DNA of 64,000 nt from an uncultured Chloroflexia bacterium (lineage in GTDB: Bacteria > Chloroflexota > Limnocylindria > Limnocylindrales > CSP1-4). Positions 1 to 10,205 of the stretch are shown one piece after another. The DNA is taken from positions 259,414-323,413 of the forward strand of contig CAWIOR010000011.1 of the NCBI GenBank assembly GCA_963837825.1, read 5' to 3'. Every line of letters begins with the position of its first letter. The stretch's first letter is position 1. The notes beneath the pieces were generated by a model. That model ran no database searches. It was not told the DNA's origin and saw only the letters and a program-made list of their open reading frames with translations. A program made the translations under genes and the position numbers.

Positions 1-984
1 GAGCCCGAGCCGACGTGGGCGCCGACCGCCCGGAGCGTTTCGTAGTCGTACGCGCGTGTCGAGCAGGTCGGGCGGCAGGAACCCGCCGGACGGCCCACCG
101 ACGAGGACCGCCTTGATCGGGTGCTCGGCGGTCGCCCGGGCGCCGCGCCGGCCACCGGCCAGGCCGACGAGCTGCCGGAGCGGCGTCCCGAGCGGGACCT
201 CGGCGATGCCGCCGCCGGCCGGCCCGCGGAGCTGGACGAGGATCGTCCCGGGGCTGGCCTTGGAGCCGATCGCCGCGTACGCCTCGGCGCCGTGCCTGAC
301 GATCCACGGGACGCTGGCCAGCGTCTGGACGTTGTCGACGACGGTCGGCCGACCGAACAGGCCGCGCTCGGCCGGGTGCGGCGGCCGCTGCTCGGGTTGC
401 CCACGCTTGCCCTCGAGGGCCTTCAGCAGGACGGTCTCCTCGCCGAGCATGTAGGCGCCCTGGACCGGCCGGACCTCGAGCGCCAGGTCCCAGCCCGACT
501 CGAGCACGTCGGGTCCGATGAAGCCGGCCTCCTCGGCGGCAGCGATCGCCGCCTCGAGCCGACGGATCGTCTCGGCGGCCTCGGCCCGGACGGCGATGAA
601 CGCCTCCCGGGCGCCGACCGCGTAGGCGGCCAGCGCCACGCCCTCGATGACGGCGTACGGATCCAGCTCCATCAGCGTCCGGTCGGTCTGGACCGCCGGA
701 TCGGCCCCGTAGCCGTTGGCGACGACGTACTTCGTCGGCCCGTCCGCCTGGGCGGCCATCCGCCACTTGGCCCCGGTGGGGAAGCCGGCCCCGCCCCGGC
801 CGCGCAGGCCCGAGCCGGCGACGGCCGCGACGACCTGGGCCGGGGTCATCGCCCGGACGGCCGTCCTGAGGGCGTCGAAGGCGTCGGCCCGGACGGCCGC
901 GTCGAGGTCGACCGGATCGGGCGCGTCGGCCCGGGCGAGGAGGATCCGCGGCCAGCTCGCCGGGGTCTTGAGCAGGTCGGTCAT
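1..984 (-). CDS. nuoF: NuoF/HoxF-like NADH dehydrogenase flavoprotein subunit, truncated by the window edge; apparent 1-nt frame disruption near pos ~53
   Basis: Manual minus-strand translation from ATG 984: MTDLLKTPASW...GLRGRGGAGFPTGAKW...GAYMLGEETVLLKALEGKRGQP. The last ~55 nt read AYDYETLRAVGAHVGSG only after a 1-nt shift. The ORF is open at the window edge, so it is absent from the ORF track. Confidence 0.75.
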   Translation of the reverse strand, partial: MTDLLKTPASWPRILLARADAPDPVDLDAAVRADAFDALRTAVRAMTPAQVVAAVAGSGLRGRGGAGFPTGAKWRMAAQADGPTKYVVANGYGADPAVQTDRTLMELDPYAVIEGVALAAYAVGAREAFIAVRAEAAETIRRLEAAIAAAEEAGFIGPDVLESGWDLALEVRPVQGAYMLGEETVLLKALEGKRGQPEQRPPHPAERGLFGRPTVVDNVQTLASVPWIVRHGAEAYAAIGSKASPGTILVQLRGPAGGGIAEVPLGTPLRQLVGLAGGRRGARATAEHPIKAVLVGGPSGGFLPPDLLDTRVRLRNAPGGRRPRRLGL

Positions 985-1647
985 GCGCCAGCCGCCGTCG
1001 CGCGATCGTCTGGCCGGGCGCCCCGCCCGGCCAGCGCTCCGTCGAGCGCGCCGAGGATAGGCCGACTCGGCCGTGGCGGCCGTCGGGTCCGGCGCACCGA
1101 CCGCCAGGTGGTCGTAGTAGGTGGCCGTGCCGTAGAGCATCGCGTACCAGGCCCCGGTCGCCTCGCTGACCCGCTTCAGGGCGGCCACGGGGACGTGGCC
1201 ATAGGCGGCCTGGATGCCGTCGAGGATCGTGAGCAGCTGCTTCGGATCGTGGTCGACCTCGTCGAGGATCGCGTCGACCGGTCCGAGGTCGATCCCGTGG
1301 AAGTGCTCGTAGGCCGGGTCGGGGACGGTCCGGCCGGAGCGCCGGAGGGCGGACTCCTCGCGCCGCTCGCCATACGTCTCGGCGGCGCCCCAGTGGACGG
1401 CGAAGCGTCCCTTCGTGTCGACCCCGCCCATGTCGATGCACTCGATCGGACAGGCCTGGGCGCACTGGAAGCAGGTCTCGCACTTGAGCGTCCCGTACTC
1501 GTCGTAGAGGAGCTGGAGGCGGCCGCGGAAGCGGGGTGGGATCTCGGCCGGGACCTCGGGGTAGAGACGGGTGACCGGCGGCTCGAAGAAGCGGCGCAGG
1601 GTGAGCGCCATCCCGCGGACGATCCCGAGGCCGGGCACGTGGCTCAC
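981..1647 (-). CDS. NuoI-like N-terminus with a single CxxCxxCxxxCP motif, continuous with a Cys-less NuoE-like N-terminal segment; atypical or degenerate
   Basis: GTG at 1647, 10 nt after the nuoH stop. Translation: VSHVPGLGIVRGMALTLRRFFEPPVTRLYPEVPAEIPPRFRGRLQLLYDEYGTLKCETCFQCAQACPIECIDMGG..., then ...DHDPKQLLTILDGIQAAYGHVPVAALKRVSEATGAWYAMLYGTATYYDHL. There is no stop before the nuoF ATG in this frame. An alternative-frame TGA overlaps ATG 984. Confidence 0.55.
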
Positions 1648-1657
1648 CGATCGGTCC

Positions 1658-3010
1658 TCATCGCACGCTGTCCACCACGACGATCGCCAGCGCGGTCACG
1701 AACAGGTTGAGCAGCGAGGCGGGCAGCAGCCACTTCCAGGCGAAGCCCATCAGCTGGTCGATCCGGACCCGGGGCAGGGTCCCGCGCATCCAGACGAAGG
1801 TGAACACGAAGACGTAGGTCTTCATCATGAACCAGACCAGCCCGACGACCCAGTCGAGGCTGACGAAGGCGAGGCCGATCCCGGCCGCCACGGCGACGAG
1901 GTTGAACAGGACGAAGCCGATGACCAGGGCCTGCCAGAACTTGACCCCCGTGTTGAGCAGGTAGAACGGCATGCCGAGGGCCAGGATGGCCGCCGGCGGG
2001 ATGATCGCCAGGGCGAGCAGGAGGCCGATCCCCATCCCCGCCGGGTCGAGCGCCGGGGTGATCGCCCAGGCCGCCGGCCAGGCGAACGGCGCGTTCCAGC
2101 CACCGAAGAAGAGGGCCACGGTCAGCCCGGACACGATGAACACGTTGACGTACTCGGCGAAGAAGAAGAACCCGAAGCGCATCCCCGAGTACTCGGTGGC
2201 GAAGCCGGCCACGATCTCCGAATCCGCCTCGGTCAGGTCGAACGGGGTCCGATTCGCCTCGGCCGACGCGGCGATGAAGAAGATGATGAACGCGAGCGGC
2301 TGCTTGAACACGTACCAGTCGAACAGGCTGCCCGACTGGTCGAGGGTGATCTGGTTCAGGCTGAGGGTCCCGGCCAGGAGGATGATCCCGACCACCGACA
2401 GGGTCAGCGGGATCTCGTAGCTGACGACCTGGGCGGCCGACCGGAGCCCGCCCAGGAGCGAGTACTTGTTGAAGCTCGACCAGCCGGCCATCAGCAGCCC
2501 GACGACCCCGAGGCCGCCCATCGCGAAGAAGTAGAGCAGGCCGATGTTGAGGTCCTGGCCGAACAGGCCGGGCGCGAACGGGAGGACGACCAGGGTCATC
2601 ACGCTGGCCATGTAGACGACGACCGGCGCCCAGGTGAACACGATCGGGTCGGCCCCGGTCGGGGTGAAGTCCTCCTTCATCAGGACCTTGAGGCCGTGGA
2701 CGACCGACAGGAGGGAGCCGTACGGCCCGACCCGGTCCGGCCCGTAGCGGAGGTTCATCAGGGCGATGACCTTCATCTCCATGTAGATGATCAGGAAGGC
2801 CGTCGGGATGGTCATCAGCAGGACAGCCGTCGCGGCCACGACGAACCGGACGAGCGGCAGGTTGTCGCTCAGGAAGGTCATCACCAGCGGGCCGGCGATG
2901 ACCACCGCGGCGGTCAACCCGGCCGCCAGGACGAGCAGCAGCGGGACCGCCGTGAAGACGATCTTCCCCGGCAGGGTCAGGCGGCCGAACGTCCGGCTGA
3001 GCATCGTCAT
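1658..3010 (-). CDS. nuoH: NADH-quinone oxidoreductase subunit H
   Basis: 450-aa polytopic ORF with the NuoH signature ...NLRYGPDRVGPYGSLLSVVHGLKVLMKEDFTP...; lies directly after nuoD. Confidence 0.9.
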   Translation of the reverse strand: MTMLSRTFGRLTLPGKIVFTAVPLLLVLAAGLTAAVVIAGPLVMTFLSDNLPLVRFVVAATAVLLMTIPTAFLIIYMEMKVIALMNLRYGPDRVGPYGSLLSVVHGLKVLMKEDFTPTGADPIVFTWAPVVVYMASVMTLVVLPFAPGLFGQDLNIGLLYFFAMGGLGVVGLLMAGWSSFNKYSLLGGLRSAAQVVSYEIPLTLSVVGIILLAGTLSLNQITLDQSGSLFDWYVFKQPLAFIIFFIAASAEANRTPFDLTEADSEIVAGFATEYSGMRFGFFFFAEYVNVFIVSGLTVALFFGGWNAPFAWPAAWAITPALDPAGMGIGLLLALAIIPPAAILALGMPFYLLNTGVKFWQALVIGFVLFNLVAVAAGIGLAFVSLDWVVGLVWFMMKTYVFVFTFVWMRGTLPRVRIDQLMGFAWKWLLPASLLNLFVTALAIVVVDSVR

Positions 3011-4228
3011 CTACTTGTCGACGCCGCCCATGATCGGGTCGAGCGAGGCCATGATGGCCATCGTGTCGGCGACCAGGTGACCGGGCATGAGCAGCCCGAC
3101 CGACTGGAGGTTGACGAAGCTCGGGTCGTGGATGCGCATCCGGAACGGCTGGTCCGTCCCGTCGCTGATGGCGTACGTCGCGTACTGGCCACGCGGGCCC
3201 TCGACCGCCGCATACGCCCGCCCCGGCCTCGGTCGGAGGAGGCGCGGCAGCTTGGCCATGATCGGGCCGTCGGGCATCTGGTGGAGGCACTGGTCGATGA
3301 TCCGGAGGCTCTGCTTGATCTCGTCGAGGCGGAGCAGGTAGCGAGCCAGGCAGTCGCCCTCCTGGCGGGTCGGGACCTCGAAGTCCAGCTCCGGGTAGAC
3401 GCTGTACGGATGGACCCGACGCATGTCGAGCGGGACGCCGGAGGCCCGGATGTTCGGACCGGTCAGGCACATCCGGAACGCGGTCTCGCGATCGAGGACG
3501 CCCAGTCCGCGCATCCGGCGGACGAAGATCTCGTTCTGGTTGAGGAGGGTCTGGTTCGCCTCGATCTGCTCGGTCGCCTTGCTCATCCAGACCCCGAGCC
3601 GGCTCATGAAGTCGTGGTTGAGGTCGCCGTTCACGCCGCCGATCCGGAAGTAGTTGAAGAGCATCCGCTGGCCGGTCAGGGAGGCCAGCATGTCGACGAT
3701 GTCGTCGCGCTCGATGAAGCTCCACAGGATCGGGGTGAGGCCGCCCAGGTCGAGCGCCATCCAGCCCATGAACAGGGCGTGGCTGGCGATCCGGTTGAGC
3801 TCGCCCGACAGGACCCGGATGTACTCCGCCCGGCGCGGGACCTCGACGTCCATCAGCTTCTCGAAGGCCATCACCGGGGCCCACTCGTTGAACAGCGAGC
3901 TGATGTACTCGAGCGGGTCGGTGTAGGCGATCGTCTGGTGGTAGTCGGCGTTCTCGCACAGCTTCTCGACACCGCGGTGGAGATAGCCGAGGACCGGGTC
4001 GAGATCGACGACCTTCTCGCCATCGAGCTTGAGGACCACCCGCAGGACGCCGTGGGTCGATGGGTGCTGGGGACCCATGTTGATGAACATCTCGCCGTCG
4101 CCGAGGGTGTAGAACTCGGCCTCGCGCTCGGTCCGCGGCGGGTACGGCGGGATCGGCTCGAACACGCCGATGTCCTGCTCGAGCATGATCCGCGGGTCGT
4201 CCGCCGACGCGTGCCGGGCGCTGGTCAT
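3011..4228 (-). CDS. nuoD: NADH-quinone oxidoreductase subunit D
   Basis: 405-aa ORF with ...MGPQHPSTHGVLRVVLKLDGE...GYLHRGVEKL...DPIMGGVDK, typical of the NuoD/49-kDa subunit. Confidence 0.93.
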   Translation of the reverse strand: MTSARHASADDPRIMLEQDIGVFEPIPPYPPRTEREAEFYTLGDGEMFINMGPQHPSTHGVLRVVLKLDGEKVVDLDPVLGYLHRGVEKLCENADYHQTIAYTDPLEYISSLFNEWAPVMAFEKLMDVEVPRRAEYIRVLSGELNRIASHALFMGWMALDLGGLTPILWSFIERDDIVDMLASLTGQRMLFNYFRIGGVNGDLNHDFMSRLGVWMSKATEQIEANQTLLNQNEIFVRRMRGLGVLDRETAFRMCLTGPNIRASGVPLDMRRVHPYSVYPELDFEVPTRQEGDCLARYLLRLDEIKQSLRIIDQCLHQMPDGPIMAKLPRLLRPRPGRAYAAVEGPRGQYATYAISDGTDQPFRMRIHDPSFVNLQSVGLLMPGHLVADTMAIMASLDPIMGGVDK

Positions 4229-4235
4229 CGTGGCC

Positions 4236-4788
4236 TCAACTCAGCTTCGACCGCCGGACGCGGGCGTCGGCGGTGGCGTTGGACGGGGCGTGGGTCTGCT
4301 CCATGTGCCGGACCCCGCCGCCCGGAGAGCGGGCCGCATCGTCCGGCAGGAAGAAGTCCTTGCGGAGCGGGAAGCTCGTGTAGTCGGCCGGCATATAGAT
4401 CCGGCGCAGGTCGCGGTTGCCCTCGAAGGCGATCCCGAACATGTCGTAGGCCTCGCGCTCCTGCCACTCGGCGCCCTTCCACAGGAAGGTCACCGATGGG
4501 ACGCGCGGGTCGTCGCCTGGACAGGCCGTCGGCGATGACCCGGAGCCAATCGGGCGTGGTCGCGCTCCACAGGTGGTAGACCGTCTGCATCACGGTCCCG
4601 GTGTCGACGCCGCACAGGTCCATCAGCGACTCGAACCGGAACTCGGGCTCGTCGTGCAGGGCGCGCATGACCTCGGGCAGGTCGCCGGCCGCGACGCGGA
4701 TCTCGGTCTCATCGTGGCGCTGGCGGACGGGTCCGAGCAGCCGCTCCCCGAAGCGGGCCTCGAGGCGGCGCTTGAGTGCTCGATCCAT
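4236..4788 (-). CDS. nuoC: NADH-quinone oxidoreductase subunit C, with an apparent frameshift near 4511-4525
   Basis: The N-terminus is in the frame of ORF 4225..4788 ([18 protein letters not shown]...DLCGVDTG...WLRVIADGL). The C-terminus is in the frame of ORF 4236..4493 ([35 protein letters not shown]). Confidence 0.8.
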
Positions 4789-4792
4789 CGGC

Positions 4793-5527
4793 TCAGATCC
4801 CGTCCGGGACCGTCGGGCCGATCGCGCGCTCCGGCCAGTGCCCCCGCCGCTCGAGGACGAGCTGCTGGAGCTTCATCATCCCGTAGATCAGGCCCTCCGG
4901 GCGGGGCGGACAGCCCGGGATGTAGACGTCGACCGGCATCACCCGGTCGATCCCCTGGATCGTCGAGTAGCTTCGCTTGTAGCGCCCACCCGAGCAGGTG
5001 CAGTCGCCCATCGCCACGCACCACTTCGGCTCGGGCATCTGCTCCCAGAGCCGGATGAGCGGGCCGGCCATCTTGGTCGTCAGCGTCCCGGCCACGATGA
5101 GCACGTCGGCCTGGCGCGGGCTGGCCCGGAACGGGAACATCCCCCACCGGTCGATGTCGTTCTTGGAGGTGGCGGTCGACATCATCTCGATGGCGCAGCA
5201 GGCCAGCCCCGACAGGAGCGGCCAGAGGCTGTTCGCCCGGATGAGGTCGAGGACGATGTCCGCCTTGGTCGGGATGATCTCGAGCGCGCCCCAGCGGGCA
5301 TCGTCATGCCGAGCGCCGTCGGTGGCGGCGAGCTCGCGAAGGTGGGTGTACTGGCTGGCTCGAGGATCGCTGTAGGCGGCCGGATCGGTCGATTCCCAGA
5401 GCGTGTTGGGGACGACGATGGGGACGCTCAGCTCGCGCTCGCCCGGGACCTCGAGGGCGACCGAGCCGCCCGCTCCGGGCTGCGACTCGGCCGGCGCGAC
5501 GGCCGATGGATCGTCGTTCAGCGCCAC
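4793..5527 (-). CDS. nuoB: NADH-quinone oxidoreductase subunit B
   Basis: C-terminal part of ORF 4793..6652: ...SLWPLLSGLACCAIEMM...RQADVLIVAGTLTTKMA...CVAMGDCTCSGG...VDVYIPGCPPRPE. Proposed GTG start at 5527 overlaps the nuoA end. Confidence 0.88.
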   Translation of the reverse strand: MALNDDPSAVAPAESQPGAGGSVALEVPGERELSVPIVVPNTLWESTDPAAYSDPRASQYTHLRELAATDGARHDDARWGALEIIPTKADIVLDLIRANSLWPLLSGLACCAIEMMSTATSKNDIDRWGMFPFRASPRQADVLIVAGTLTTKMAGPLIRLWEQMPEPKWCVAMGDCTCSGGRYKRSYSTIQGIDRVMPVDVYIPGCPPRPEGLIYGMMKLQQLVLERRGHWPERAIGPTVPDGI

Positions 5528-5955
5528 GTCAGGACGCCCTTCCGCCAGGCGTAGGCCAGGCCGAGCAGGAGGATGGCGACGAAGATGAGCATGCTCACGA
5601 AGCCGCCCAGGAGGAGGTCGCGGAAGACGACCGCCCAGAGGTAGATGAAGATGACCTCGATGTCGAACGCGACGAACAGCAGGGCGTAGATGTAGAAGGA
5701 CAGACCGAACCGGCCGTGGGTGTCGCCGTAGGTGTCGATCCCCGACTCGTAGGGCAGCCCCTTGTGCTCGTCGCCCCGGTTGCGATGGGAGATCAGCCAG
5801 GCGGCGCCGATCGTCAGCAGGACGAACGACACGCCGGCGAACGCGAACCCGACGACGTACCAGATCCCGGTCAATCCAACCTCGCAGCGGAAGCACCCCG
5901 CTTGCCATCGCGGCCGGGCGGCGCTCCCATCGTGGCGACTGGCCCGCGCGCGCAC
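5518..5955 (-). CDS. nuoA: NADH-quinone oxidoreductase subunit A; the true start may be downstream of 5955
   Basis: ...GLPYESGIDTYGDTHGRFGLSFYIYALLFVAFDIEVIFIYLWAVVF... is a typical NuoA core. Confidence 0.85.
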   Translation of the reverse strand: MRARASRHDGSAARPRWQAGCFRCEVGLTGIWYVVGFAFAGVSFVLLTIGAAWLISHRNRGDEHKGLPYESGIDTYGDTHGRFGLSFYIYALLFVAFDIEVIFIYLWAVVFRDLLLGGFVSMLIFVAILLLGLAYAWRKGVLTWR

Positions 5956-5988
5956 GGGCCTCGCGAGGCGGTCGAGCCCCGCATCGGC

Positions 5989-5997
5989 ATTCTAGCA
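5989..5997 (-). promoter_or_regulatory. Candidate extended -10 promoter element (TGCTAGAAT) upstream of nuoA
   Basis: Minus strand reads CACTGCTAGAATGCCG. An AT-rich TGnTAnAAT match is conspicuous in a GC-rich intergenic region. Confidence 0.35.
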
Positions 5998-6183
5998 GTG
6001 GACGCCTTCCGCTCGCGCCCGTGCGAGGCGCGGCCGAACGTGCCCGGGAGGCCCCGCTGAGAGGGGGGAGCGCCGGGGAGCGGCTCGCGCCGAGCGCGCG
6101 TAGCAGGGATGCGAGTCGCCCCCGGCGCAGCCAGCGTGCGCTCGGCCGCCGCGGCGGGACAATAGGGCGAATGCCGTAGGGCG

Positions 6184-7440
6184 TCAGGTCGACCGGGGCA
6201 GCCTGAACGAGAGGCCGCGCAGCGGCGGCTCGGCCGCCAGGCTCCGACCGAGGACGTCGACCCGGAACCCGCCCAGCGCCCGCGGGTCGAGCAACCGGCG
6301 CACCGCCGAGCGGACCGCCAGCCAGTCCTCCATGGTCGTGGCCGGGTCCGAGCGGATCGCCTCGAGGAGCTCGTCGGTGCCGATGCCGACCAGGAACTCC
6401 GCCTGGCTGGTCAGGCCGAGCGGGGTGAGGCCGGCGGCCTCGGCGGCCCGGTCGAGCGCGCTGAAGTCGACATGGGCCGTCAGGTCCTGCCGCCCGACCG
6501 CCCGTGCCCAGTCGTCGTGGACTCGATGACCGGCGTAGGCGCGCAGGGTGCCGCCGGCGCGCTCGGGTCCGTACAGCTCGACTGCCGGATACCCGTAGTC
6601 GATGGCCAGGACGGCGCCTCGGGCGAGGCCTCGGGAGACCTCGCCGACCCACCGATCGAGCTCGAGGCAGATCTCGGCCCGGGCTCCGTCGCCGAGGACG
6701 ATCCCCTCGTCCTCGAGGCGCGTCCCGAGGGCCGCTGTCGACGGCGGGCCCTCGACCTCGACGAACCGCCCGTCCGTCCAGTCGACGAGCAGCTCACGGA
6801 TCCCACCGGGCCGACCGACGACCCGATGGACGGGCAGGGCGTCGAGGAACTCGTTGGCGACGACCGCCCCGGTCTCCGGCGCCTCGGGCGGAAGGTCCGC
6901 CTCCAGCAGCGGCCCGAAGCCGGCGACCGTCAACCGCTCGACGAGCTCGGCCCGACGGTGCGGGTTGATCTCGATCGGCGCGTAGCGGATCGCCGCGGCC
7001 AGGGCGGGCGAGCCCGCGATGCGGCCGAGTGGGCCCTGGCCGGTGACCGCCCGCAGGACGGCCAGCCCGAGCGCGCCGGCTCCGGCACCGTACTCGCGCA
7101 CGACGAAGCGGACCGGGCCCCCGAGCCGTCGATGGATCTCGTCCAGCTGGCGGCCGACGGCCGCCCCGAAGATCGGATGCGTCTCGGGGGCCGTCAGGAA
7201 GTCGCCGCCCCGTCCGGGTCGCGCGGCCGGGACGCGGTAGTAGCCGATGTCCGGTGCGTACAGGGCGAGCGCCATGAACCGGGCGAAGGTGATCGGGCCG
7301 ACCGTGGCGATCTGGTCGCGGATAAGGCGCTCGAGCGCTGGCTCGCCCTCGGTCGGCAGGGGACCGGGCGCCGGGACCGGGCGGAGGTCCGCCTCCAGGC
7401 GATCCATCGACTCAGCCGCGCCGACCGACGAGACGGACAC
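6184..7440 (-). CDS. Class I SAM-dependent methyltransferase, MidA/NDUFAF7 (DUF185/COG1565) family; alternative start at ATG 7407
   Basis: ...ITFARFMALALYAPDIGYYR...GDFLTAPETHPIFGAAVGRQLDEI...VREYGAGAGALG...DLTAHVDFSAL... matches my recollection of the MidA/NDUFAF7 family layout. Confidence 0.7.
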   Translation of the reverse strand: MSVSSVGAAESMDRLEADLRPVPAPGPLPTEGEPALERLIRDQIATVGPITFARFMALALYAPDIGYYRVPAARPGRGGDFLTAPETHPIFGAAVGRQLDEIHRRLGGPVRFVVREYGAGAGALGLAVLRAVTGQGPLGRIAGSPALAAAIRYAPIEINPHRRAELVERLTVAGFGPLLEADLPPEAPETGAVVANEFLDALPVHRVVGRPGGIRELLVDWTDGRFVEVEGPPSTAALGTRLEDEGIVLGDGARAEICLELDRWVGEVSRGLARGAVLAIDYGYPAVELYGPERAGGTLRAYAGHRVHDDWARAVGRQDLTAHVDFSALDRAAEAAGLTPLGLTSQAEFLVGIGTDELLEAIRSDPATTMEDWLAVRSAVRRLLDPRALGGFRVDVLGRSLAAEPPLRGLSFRLPRST

Positions 7441-8512
7441 CCGGCCCGACGAGCGAGTGGCCGCCGAGGAGGACCGGGATCGACGCCTCGGCCGCCGACG
7501 CGGTCAATGCGGCCAGCCACGGCTCGTCGACCGCGGCGGCGTCGAGCAGGTCGGAGGCGAACCTGGATCCGGCGCCCGGCCAGCGGGCCTCGTCCGGCCC
7601 GAACCGGTGAGCCAGCAGGACCCGGCTGTCCACGAGGGCCGCATCCGCCAGCTCGGCCAGGCGCGCGCCGAGCGCCGCCGGGCCGTCCCGGTCGAGGACC
7701 ATCCCGAGGATCGATCTCGACGGGCGAGCCGGCTCCGGCGCAGGGCCGCCGACGGCCAGCCGGCTCGAGGCGCGCAACCCGCGCTCCTCGACCAGCGCGC
7801 GGACCCGGCAGCGGGCGTGACGCTCCAGCCAGCCGATCGTCGCGGCCGACGTTCGCCCGGCGACGACCAGCTCGGCCCGCGGGTCGTCGAGCACCCGCCG
7901 GACCCCGGCCAGCCGCGCCCGGATCCGCTCGACGGCTGCGCGACCGGCGACCTCTGTGGCATCTGTCGCGGCCGCCCCGCGACGACGTGTCGCGAGGATC
8001 AGGTCGAGGGGAGAGTCGAGATCGACCGCCAGGCGCCAGCGCGTCCGCAGGTCGCGGACCGGGAGCCCGCCGACCTCGTCCAGCCAGCGAGGCAGCGCGT
8101 TATCGCTCGGGAAGTCATCCGGGAGGCGGGCCAGGATCGCCGTCGCCGCGCCCGAGACGGCCACGACGTCCGCCGAGTAGCGGTTGTTGGCCAGGGCCAT
8201 CGGCTCGGTCGCTGCGCCCACCGCGACGAACGCCCGGAAGTCGACGGCCTCCGCGAGCGGCAGAGCACCCGAGCCGAGGATGACGAGACCGCGCCCGGGC
8301 GGGAGGCCCGCCCGGAGCTCGTGCAGGCGGGCACCGAACGGTCTCCCGTCCGGGCTGCCGGCGACGACGCACACGGTCGCCGCCCCGGCCGCCTCGAAGG
8401 CCGCCCGGTTCCGCTCGGCGAGGCTCCGGCGCGCCGTGGCCAGGCCGCGCTCGAGCGGGCCCGCGCCCGGACCGGGGAGCGGGTGGAGGATGATGACGTC
8501 GACGGCGCCCAC
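7412..8512 (-). CDS. Hypothetical protein, possibly with a nucleotide-diphospho-sugar/nucleotidyl-transferase-like N-terminal fold
   Basis: 366-aa ORF with protein-like composition; its stop lies 4 nt before the ATG 7407 of the next gene. No confident family assignment. Confidence 0.5.
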   Translation of the reverse strand: MGAVDVIILHPLPGPGAGPLERGLATARRSLAERNRAAFEAAGAATVCVVAGSPDGRPFGARLHELRAGLPPGRGLVILGSGALPLAEAVDFRAFVAVGAATEPMALANNRYSADVVAVSGAATAILARLPDDFPSDNALPRWLDEVGGLPVRDLRTRWRLAVDLDSPLDLILATRRRGAAATDATEVAGRAAVERIRARLAGVRRVLDDPRAELVVAGRTSAATIGWLERHARCRVRALVEERGLRASSRLAVGGPAPEPARPSRSILGMVLDRDGPAALGARLAELADAALVDSRVLLAHRFGPDEARWPGAGSRFASDLLDAAAVDEPWLAALTASAAEASIPVLLGGHSLVGPGVRLVGRRG

Positions 8513-8559
8513 CGGGCGAGTCTAGCGACGACGACCGACGGGCACGGAGGGCGAGCGGG

Positions 8560-9173
8560 ATGGCGCGGTCGAGGCGGACGCGGGCCTACGTGGGTCTGGG
8601 GGCGAACGTCGGGGACGCCGCGCAGACCCTCGCGGCCGGGATCCACGCCCTCGCGGCCCTGCCCGGGGCCCGCCTCGCCGGCGTGTCCCGGTTGTACGCG
8701 ACGGAGCCGGTCGGGCTGACCGACCAGCCGGAGTTCCGCAACGCCGTCGTCGCCCTCGACGTCCCGACGGGACCGGATCCGGTCAGCGGAGCGCTCGCCC
8801 TGCTGGTGGCCCTGAAGGGCCTCGAGGCGGCGTTCGGCCGGCAGGCACGCGCCCGCTGGGGGCCCCGCGAGCTCGACCTCGACCTGCTCGTCTTCGGTCG
8901 GGCGAGGCTGGCCGTCGACCGGCCGCCGGCCGCCCGCTCGACCGATGCCGGGATCGATCCGGCGAAGGCGAGCCGCCTCCTCGAGGTCCCGCACCCCGAG
9001 GCCGGCCGGCGCCTGTTCGTGCTGGCGCCGCTGGCGGACCTGGCCCCCGGCCTCGTCCCGCCCGGCTGGGGCGAGAGCGTGGCCACGGCCCGCCGTCGGC
9101 GCGAGCAGGTCGAGGGTTCGTCGGCGGCACGCCCGATCGCCGCCTGGGACGCCGCCGCGGCGGTCTGGCGGGC

Positions 9174-9177
<4 letters not shown>
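8560..9177 (+). CDS. folK: 2-amino-4-hydroxy-6-hydroxymethyldihydropteridine diphosphokinase (HPPK)
   Basis: [11 protein letters not shown]...[11 protein letters not shown]...[11 protein letters not shown]...[12 protein letters not shown]...[16 protein letters not shown] are HPPK motifs. Confidence 0.88.
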
Positions 9178-10163
<986 letters not shown>

Positions 10164-10205
10164 CGGGACCTCCTCTCGGTGGGGCGTCCGGTCGAGGCCG
10201 GGCCG

